A stretch of 62,795 nt of DNA from an uncultured Bdellovibrionales bacterium (GTDB taxonomy: Bacteria; Patescibacteriota; Minisyncoccia; Moranbacterales; UBA1568): assembly GCA_964491155.1 (NCBI GenBank), contig CAZBFG010000002.1, forward strand, positions 1-62,795. Direction: 5' to 3'. Under the pieces are notes generated by a model. It did no database searches, had not been told where the DNA came from, and saw only the letters and a list, made by a program, of their open reading frames with translations. Below are positions 57,382-62,795 of the stretch, piece by piece (positions within the stretch are counted from its first letter, which is position 1; every line of letters starts with the position of its first letter). The position numbers were made by a program, and so were the translations under genes.

Positions 57382-58392
57382 ATGCCTAGAGTCATTGATC
57401 GGCATGTCCAGCTCATCGTTCAATCGAATGATTGTTGTTTACTGACTTTTTCTGAAATGAAAACACAATTTGCACGCGCATGGGACTGCATGGAGTTTAC
57501 TCGAAACCCAGAGGATTTTCTCTATCTCCACCCCGATAGAACCGTGTTTACTAAAAGAGAGCCGTGGACCAAGTACTACTCATACGCCGATAATACGCCC
57601 CTCTACCACCAAAAGGTTCGACTTCTCCATATTCACAAAGATGGTCGTGTTTATAACGACCCTCTCTTCCTGTTCTCCTTAAAAAATAAACCTCTTTTTT
57701 TGCGGCTTATCAATTCCAAAAATAGAAGCTCCCTCAAAAATCTTGTCGGGCTGGTAAAGGATTTCTGTATTTTTCCAAACGATCAAGATAAGGCATGGTT
57801 AGCACAGCAATATAAAAACACTATCGGTGCAGAAAACTATAGTTTTCTTTTTCCCATGCATACCCCACTTCCTCAAGAAAAAAAACAGGAAGAGGACCGT
57901 ATCATGGAGACAATTAACAAAGTAAACCTAGACTATCTCTGGGAGAAAAAGCTCTACCTTCAAAAATTTGTCCGGTCTTACCGCAAAGGAGAAATGAAAA
58001 TGCGTGACCTCTCGACGCTCTATCAACACATGACTCAAGTTTCTGAAGTATTTCTCGACGAGCAAAACTTCAATCTCAAAAAGATTCACAAAGACCTAGA
58101 TGCTGAGGGTGATGGCACAATTTCAGATACAAGAAACTTTAACGATATTATCGGTGAGAAAAAAGTACAGAATGTAAAAACACTGGTCACAGCGTATCGG
58201 GTATATGGCCATTTTGCGCTTTGCTGCCTTGAATTGTTCCTTACGATAAAAAATGAAAGGGGTATCGCCCAATGCAAGGCATGTAAGGAATACTACGAAA
58301 AAAGCCACGGCAGTCAGGAATATTGCGATCCCGAATGCCAAAAAAATGGCGCCGCAGAAAGAAGCCGGAGATATAGGGCAAGCATAAAATAA
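57382..58392 (+). CDS. hypothetical island protein with C-terminal Cys cluster
   Basis: CKACKEYY..YCDPEC zinc-ribbon-like end; divergent from the HTH gene; terminator follows. Confidence 0.65.
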   Translation: MPRVIDRHVQLIVQSNDCCLLTFSEMKTQFARAWDCMEFTRNPEDFLYLHPDRTVFTKREPWTKYYSYADNTPLYHQKVRLLHIHKDGRVYNDPLFLFSLKNKPLFLRLINSKNRSSLKNLVGLVKDFCIFPNDQDKAWLAQQYKNTIGAENYSFLFPMHTPLPQEKKQEEDRIMETINKVNLDYLWEKKLYLQKFVRSYRKGEMKMRDLSTLYQHMTQVSEVFLDEQNFNLKKIHKDLDAEGDGTISDTRNFNDIIGEKKVQNVKTLVTAYRVYGHFALCCLELFLTIKNERGIAQCKACKEYYEKSHGSQEYCDPECQKNGAAERSRRYRASIK

Positions 58393-58424
58393 ACACTCTG
58401 ACCCGAGACCGTCACGAGAAAAAT

Positions 58425-58444
58425 CACGCGAAAGCGTGTTTTTT
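58425..58444 (+). terminator. intrinsic terminator
   Basis: CACGC GAAA GCGTG followed by T6. Confidence 0.7.
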
Positions 58445-58481
58445 AATTTTGCCTCAGTATCTATGTATACGATTTACTGTC

Positions 58482-58673
58482 ATGCAAAATTCTTTCTCTC
58501 CAAGTCTGGTAGCGCGAGCACAACGGATTTTTGAAAAAAGGTCTGGGCGTGTTGTGAGTGAGGAAGAGACAGAAATATATCTAGCCACCCTAGCCAAGCT
58601 CGGGCTCCTCGCCCTGCGGGTTATAGAAACAGCTCAGTCCAAAAAAAATGCCAAGAATAGTACCCATCGATAA
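58482..58673 (+). CDS. hypothetical small protein
   Basis: ORF only; start at MQNSF. Confidence 0.4.
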   Translation: MQNSFSPSLVARAQRIFEKRSGRVVSEEETEIYLATLAKLGLLALRVIETAQSKKNAKNSTHR

Positions 58674-58911
58674 AAATGCGCGGATAGTGGTCGAGCCGCT
58701 CAATTTCACCCTGCAATTTCGCAGAAAATCTAAAACGCGAAATTCGTGGCGTACGGATGGATATTTCCCAGATCTGATATCTCTCATCGCTTATTACATA
58801 AACATGTCCCCACAACGCGCTGACAACGCAATGAAAAGCATTGATGGTCTCGTTCAGACCATCAAAAACGCTGAAGAAAATATAATACGCATGATTAATT
58901 CTCAAAAATAA
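58648..58911 (+). CDS. hypothetical small protein
   Basis: ORF only. Confidence 0.45.
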   Translation: MPRIVPIDKNARIVVEPLNFTLQFRRKSKTRNSWRTDGYFPDLISLIAYYINMSPQRADNAMKSIDGLVQTIKNAEENIIRMINSQK

Positions 58912-58913
58912 CT

Positions 58914-59246
58914 ATGGAACCACTAACAGGAATGCTCTCAAAAAGAGTCCAACAAATAAGCGAACGAGACGAAGCGGTACGGAAAATCCTAGAACAGTAC
59001 CCGAAAGAATTAGTCGATGAAGCCCTAAGGCGGATAGACAAAACACTAGCACAAGAAATTCTCGGGATGAAGAAGTGTCCGCTCATCAAAAATGCTAGCT
59101 GGGATTGCGGATCTGGCCTACGAAAAGGTGAAGAGACCTGGTGTACCAATATCCAATACATCAATTGCGGTGCCTTTGATAAATATCTCATCTGGTATAT
59201 GACCAAAAAAACAAAAGAAAAAAGAACCAAAAAAGAAAAGATATAG
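58914..59246 (+). CDS. hypothetical small protein with Lys-rich tail
   Basis: ORF only; starts 2 nt after the previous stop. Confidence 0.5.
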   Translation: MEPLTGMLSKRVQQISERDEAVRKILEQYPKELVDEALRRIDKTLAQEILGMKKCPLIKNASWDCGSGLRKGEETWCTNIQYINCGAFDKYLIWYMTKKTKEKRTKKEKI

Positions 59247-59359
59247 TACCTATACCTATCTACCTTCTCTCTTCTCTTTTCTTCAGAGTACTTATATATA
59301 TGTATATACCTGAAAATGAAAATCATTGAAAAAATTGGAAAATACGGAACCAAAGAAAG

Positions 59360-59389
59360 TTGTCGCACGACAGGCACGACCAATAAAAT
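59360..59389 (+). promoter_or_regulatory. sigma70-like promoter in front of the GC-rich non-coding segment
   Basis: TTGTCG (59360-59365), 18-nt spacer, TAAAAT (59384-59389). Confidence 0.3.
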
Positions 59390-59394
59390 GAGAA

Positions 59395-60377
59395 CTTGAA
59401 AAATCGTGAAAGGGAAAATCGCAGAGAATCGCCCTATCAGTCCTTTAGAGAGAGTGTTCGAGCGGCGCCCGCAAGGAGCCACCCTACCAACAGTCGAGGC
59501 AGGGGCCGGCCCGACGCGCAGAGGAAGCGGCTCCGGCATGGGGCGCGGAAAGAAATCCAAAGAGCATGACACTCCCCCGACCCGCCACCGCCTCTCCACC
59601 ACGCGTCTGCATAATCTGTTATTAGGCGATGTCTCGCCTCGAGAAGGTCGCCTAATAATGGTCCTGATTATGCGATGCTTGGTGAGAGTGCGGCTTTGCC
59701 CTCGTTTATCAGGGAAGGGTGGCCGGGGGGTATCCACCCTGATATCTACGAGGGCACGGGTCGGAACAGAAAGAGTGTCATTCCCTTTTCCGCGCAATGA
59801 GAAAGAGTGACTTCGTCACACGATATGAAAAGCGTGCCGTGATGCAGGTGGGCCCGACGGTCTGTAATCGGATCCGGCGGGTCGCCCTGCAAGGCCACGG
59901 CACACCGTATTGGCTGCTCTACCGTTTGATAGCAGGAGTCGGCTGGTGGCCGGGTGGGTTTCGGTACCGGACGTGCCCACCGCTACGAGCCAGACAGTCC
60001 CGATTGCGGGTCTGTCTGGTGAGAGGGGCACGAGGTACAGAGATTCCGCACGGTGACCGGCTGTTCTTTGGGCAAAGCGTCGGGTGGCACTACGTTTGAG
60101 GAGGATGGAGCGTTTGTTTGGTAGGAGCCAAGCCCACACCGACCGAAGGGAGGCGAGCATAGCGAGAGAGGAGCGGAAGCGACGTGGGCGGTGAAGTTGC
60201 AGGAACGTTTGTTAGGAGCTATTTGGAAGAACCAAGAAATATGCAGTATACTGACTTTGGACACAATTTCAATGTTTCGGAAGAGGAGCAACTTTTATTA
60301 GTTGTTCCGGTGAAAGGACGACTTTCGCCACAGCTTCCGAAAGGGAATTGTGTCCAGGCGAGGTCGTCCTTTTATTT
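59395..60377 (+). ncRNA. candidate large structured RNA (family unknown)
   Basis: GC-rich segment (42 of 60 on line 59941) in AT-rich island; only Arg/Pro/Gly-rich junk ORFs on both strands; nested perfect hairpins at 59619-59658, 59699-59754 and 59990-60019; long-range pair 59834-59841/59895-59902; terminator-like two-tier stem plus T-tract at 60313-60377. Confidence 0.45.
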
Positions 60378-60384
60378 GGGCATT

Positions 60385-60516
60385 ATGAATCTTTCCAATC
60401 CAAAATTTCGATACAAGGGATCCAAGCCGTTCTGGTTGTGGACCACTGGTGAATGGTTTTTTTATACCACTATCTTTCTTATCGGCTGGATCATTATCAT
60501 TTTGAATGATCTATGA
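60385..60516 (+). CDS. small hydrophobic peptide overlapping the recombinase start
   Basis: MNLSNPKFRYKGSKPFWLWTTGEWFFYTTIFLIGWIIIILNDL; stop overlaps the recombinase ATG (ATGA); an upstream ATG at 60241 would cross the terminator-like hairpin. Confidence 0.35.
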   Translation: MNLSNPKFRYKGSKPFWLWTTGEWFFYTTIFLIGWIIIILNDL

Positions 60517-62072
60517 ACTACATCATTTACGCGAGAAAATCGACCGAGAGTGAAGACAGGCAATCTTTGTCTATCCAATCGCAGATTATTGAAATGCAAG
60601 AAATTGCTCAGCGCGAAGGCGTGCGTGTGGTGAAGATTTTTCAAGAATCAAAATCCGCCAAAGAACCAGGACGACCGGTCTTTGCGGAGATGATCAAATA
60701 TATTCAATCGGGAAAAGCACAGGGAGTACTGTGCTGGAAGATTGATCGACTGGCACGCAACCCTGTCGATGAAGGATTGGTGAAATGGCTCTTGCAAAAA
60801 GAGGTTATCAAACAAATCCGCACATCTGACCGGGAATATAATCCCGACGACAATGTGGTGATTGCGAGTATTGAGTTTAGCATGGCCAATCAGTACATCC
60901 GCGACTTGAGCAAAAACGTGAAGCGAGGATTAGCGGAAAAAGTTCGTCGTGGTGAATACCCGGGGTGCCAGTCACTCGGATATACTCGTGATCCAAAAAC
61001 AAAGATCCTTCAGATTGATCCGGCTACCGCTCCCTACGTCCGCACTGCCTTTGAACTCTACGCCACGCACCACTGGTCTATCCTCAGGCTTGCTGACAAA
61101 CTCTACGAGGATGGCTTACGTTCTCGAAGTGGCAGGAAACTGGGGAAATCACGCCTGCACCGCATTCTTTCCAATCCCCTCTACTGCGGACTCTTTGAAT
61201 GGAACGGACAAACACACAAAGGCGTCCACCCTCCTCTCGTTTCCAAAAGACTCTTCGACGAAGCCCAGCAGAAACTCTTTCCCGAACGCTACCTCACCCG
61301 CAAAACAAAGCGTTCATTTCTCTTCCGCGGATTAGCGATATGTGGCGAGTGTGGGTTGAAAATAACAGCGGAAATAAAAAAGGGACATACGTATTACCGC
61401 TGTACCAAATCCCATGGGACACAACACTGCTCACAGAAATACCTGCGAGAAGAAGAACTGATCAAGGCCATCGAGAAAGAATCCAAAAAAGTCCACTTTG
61501 ACGATGAGATACTCGACCTCATTTTCGAAGCATCCAAAGAACAGCTCGCCCAAATATCAGGCGAGACCACTGAACGCAAAGACGAGCTAGCCGCTTTGCT
61601 CATCACAGTACAAAAGCGAAGGGAATCGCTTATCGAGAAGTTTATCGATAACGCTATCCCAAAAGAAATTTACGATCGGAAGTACTCGGAATCTATCGAA
61701 GAAGAAGCAAGTATAGAAGAGAGGCTCCAACAATTCGACCACGACAACGGAGATCCTCTCACAGACTTGAAGACTATCATCGGCTTTGTCAGAACAGCGC
61801 ACGATATCTTCAATAAAGGCGACGATTCTATCAAAAAAGAAATAGCCTCTCTTTTATCTTCGAACTTCGCTCTCAAGGACCAAGAAATCGCTTATTTCAA
61901 CCTCAATGAGCCTTTCTCTTGGTTGGCAGAAGATGCCAGCGTCCTGTTGTCCCAAAAAACCACCTTCGAACCACTACTAACCCGCATGGATAAAAGAAAA
62001 ACAGCCTCCCATGAGACTGTATTTTCCAATTGGCGGGAGCGACCGGACTCGAACCGGCGACCTACTGCGTGA
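60513..62072 (+). CDS. large serine recombinase / integrase
   Basis: resolvase catalytic domain (IIYARKSTESEDRQSLSIQSQ, DRLARN), recombinase domain, zinc ribbon CGECG..YYRC, coiled-coil; last 14 codons read into the tRNA-Asp gene. Confidence 0.9.
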   Translation: MNYIIYARKSTESEDRQSLSIQSQIIEMQEIAQREGVRVVKIFQESKSAKEPGRPVFAEMIKYIQSGKAQGVLCWKIDRLARNPVDEGLVKWLLQKEVIKQIRTSDREYNPDDNVVIASIEFSMANQYIRDLSKNVKRGLAEKVRRGEYPGCQSLGYTRDPKTKILQIDPATAPYVRTAFELYATHHWSILRLADKLYEDGLRSRSGRKLGKSRLHRILSNPLYCGLFEWNGQTHKGVHPPLVSKRLFDEAQQKLFPERYLTRKTKRSFLFRGLAICGECGLKITAEIKKGHTYYRCTKSHGTQHCSQKYLREEELIKAIEKESKKVHFDDEILDLIFEASKEQLAQISGETTERKDELAALLITVQKRRESLIEKFIDNAIPKEIYDRKYSESIEEEASIEERLQQFDHDNGDPLTDLKTIIGFVRTAHDIFNKGDDSIKKEIASLLSSNFALKDQEIAYFNLNEPFSWLAEDASVLLSQKTTFEPLLTRMDKRKTASHETVFSNWRERPDSNRRPTA

Positions 62073-62107
62073 CAGGCAGTCGCTCTAACCAGCTGAGCTA
62101 CGCCCCC
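62031..62107 (-). tRNA. tRNA-Asp (anticodon GTC), CCA encoded
   Basis: hand-folded cloverleaf: acceptor GGGGGCG/CGCTCCC, D stem GCTC/GAGC, anticodon stem ACTGC/GCAGT with loop CTGTCAC, T arm GCCGG TTCGAGT CCGGT. Confidence 0.9.
62033..62048. repeat. right direct repeat (attR core) inside tRNA-Asp
   Basis: GCGGGAGCGACCGGAC identical to 48058-48073. Confidence 0.65.
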
Positions 62108-62122
62108 GTATGTCACTCTTTT

Positions 62123-62563
62123 TTACTGAATACCCCCTCGAACCAAACTTTGGAGCTCTGCACGCATCTCGTCTTTTCTTTTAGCTCGTTCGGTAGCACT
62201 ACCGTCAGTCGTTCTCCAAAACTCTAGGTACCTTTTCGTAACTACCTTAATAGCATTTTTTGCTTCACTTTTGACACTCTTTAATTCTTCCCAAGATACA
62301 GCGCTTTCTTCCACTAAAGCTCCAAAGGCTGCACGAAGATTTATATCTTCGGTATCCGCATCCTCTCTTGGAAAAAATTTATCTGTGATCTCCTCTTCCG
62401 TTATTTTTTCCGCCTGAACAATTCTTTTATCTGATCTAATCTCCTGTTTTTTTCCATCATACGACTGAACGCTACCAGCTTCCATCAGTCCCCTTCTCAG
62501 TTCTGGCGAAGCAATCTTTTTTGGCGCTGACTCCTGATTCTGCTGTAATCCCTCAAATGTCAT
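62123..62563 (-). CDS. hypothetical acidic protein between tRNA genes
   Basis: ORF only. Confidence 0.45.
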   Translation of the reverse strand: MTFEGLQQNQESAPKKIASPELRRGLMEAGSVQSYDGKKQEIRSDKRIVQAEKITEEEITDKFFPREDADTEDINLRAAFGALVEESAVSWEELKSVKSEAKNAIKVVTKRYLEFWRTTDGSATERAKRKDEMRAELQSLVRGGIQ

Positions 62564-62579
62564 ATATCGCTTCCTTATG

Positions 62580-62653
62580 TAGCAGGGGCGAGACTCGAAC
62601 TCGCGACCTCAGCGTTATGAGTGCTGCGTTCTAGCCAGCTGAACTACCCTGCC
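62580..62653 (-). tRNA. tRNA with CAT anticodon (Met, or Ile2 if lysidinylated)
   Basis: cloverleaf: D stem GTTC/GAAC, loop CTCATAA, T arm GCGAG TTCGAGT CTCGC; no encoded CCA; no GGG/CCC initiator signature. Confidence 0.8.
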
Positions 62654-62741
62654 GTTTTAATTTCGTGTCACTCTATTGCACGGATTTGTACAGAGAGCAG
62701 TTCATGTGCTCCCCGACCCACGTGTCACTTCGTTCCACTTG

Positions 62742-62795
62742 TTGCGGGGGGTGGATTCGAACCACCGACCTCTTGGTTATGAGCCAAGCGAGCTG
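62742..62795 (-). tRNA. partial tRNA with CAT anticodon, cut by the window end
   Basis: anticodon stem CTTGG/CCAAG, loop CTCATAA, T arm GGTGG TTCGAAT CCACC, acceptor 3' strand CCCCGCA. Confidence 0.7.

Larger units (their letters stand above)
48058..62048. mobile_element. about 14-kb integrative island in tRNA-Asp with a large serine recombinase
   Basis: 16-nt direct repeats, one inside an intact tRNA; drop in G+C; recombinase at the tRNA-proximal end; excisionase-type HTH gene. Confidence 0.7.

Noticed and set aside
58895-59797. 300-aa minus-strand ORF
   Set aside because: It spans three plus-strand genes' worth of AT-rich DNA, the promoter-like region and the start of the GC-rich segment. 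Its translation changes character abruptly and has no motif, so it is most likely an accident of the two compositions.
59406-60160. ORFs 59406-59810 (+), 59797-60099 (+) and 59816-60160 (-) inside the GC-rich segment
   Set aside because: They overlap one another on both strands, are Arg/Gly/Pro-rich and have no SD. The region is better explained as structured non-coding RNA.
59395-60377. Possibility that the GC-rich segment is RNase P RNA, tmRNA or an rRNA fragment
   Set aside because: Short resemblances (GAGGAAGCGGCUCC, GGUGAGAGUGCGG, ACAGAAAG) to RNase P conserved regions are imperfect and in the wrong spacing. No tmRNA tag or tRNA-like end is present. The length is too great and the location is inside a mobile island. 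This is left for a covariance-model scan.
1-62795. CRISPR arrays, rRNA genes, transposase genes and IS terminal repeats
   Set aside because: I saw no regularly spaced direct repeats, no rRNA-like sequence and no transposase motifs anywhere in the window. The only recombinase is the serine integrase at 60513-62072.

Overview
62.8-kb bacterial window, densely packed, mostly minus-strand, with short gaps and several stop/start overlaps. No rRNA genes or CRISPR arrays were seen.

**Backbone.** It is about 48% G+C by hand count of sample 60-nt lines. It carries many small DUF-type membrane and stress proteins, four VOC/glyoxalase-fold genes, orphan PurM-like and PurC genes and a stand-alone GspE-type ATPase, but no biosynthetic operons. 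This resembles a reduced-genome, possibly Patescibacteria/CPR-like organism; that is inference only.
- Recognisable repair genes form a complete UvrABC set: uvrA 211-3012, a short uvrC 3099-4373 and uvrB 40248-42299.
- A second UvrA paralogue (34719-37295) lacks the insertion domain.
- Other calls include a Pif1/RecD-like helicase, a DEAD-box helicase, an Ogt-type methyltransferase, a Mu-Gam-like protein and a PLD-type cardiolipin synthase.
- Interspersed one- or two-gene patches have visibly higher G+C (about 62% on a sample line), each with its own Shine-Dalgarno sequence and intrinsic terminator.

**Island (48058-62048).** The right-hand 14 kb is a low-GC integrative island (33-40% on sample lines). 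It is bounded by a 16-nt direct repeat, one copy of which is the 3' end of an intact tRNA-Asp(GTC). It carries three notable things:
- a large serine recombinase;
- a roughly 1-kb GC-rich, hairpin-dense non-coding segment, a candidate large structured RNA;
- a seven-gene co-directional operon (57333 down to 48375).

**Best candidate for an undescribed system.** The operon order is HTH, NMP-kinase-like P-loop protein, HAD phosphatase, a 1181-aa fusion (zeta-toxin-like kinase + Fic + Nudix + PNP/MTAN-like nucleosidase), an HNH nuclease, an 817-aa helical protein of unknown function and a 272-aa Trp/Tyr-rich protein. I cannot match it to any named system, so it is my best candidate for an undescribed defence, toxin or nucleotide-manipulating system.

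All domain calls are motif recognition by eye, not database searches.
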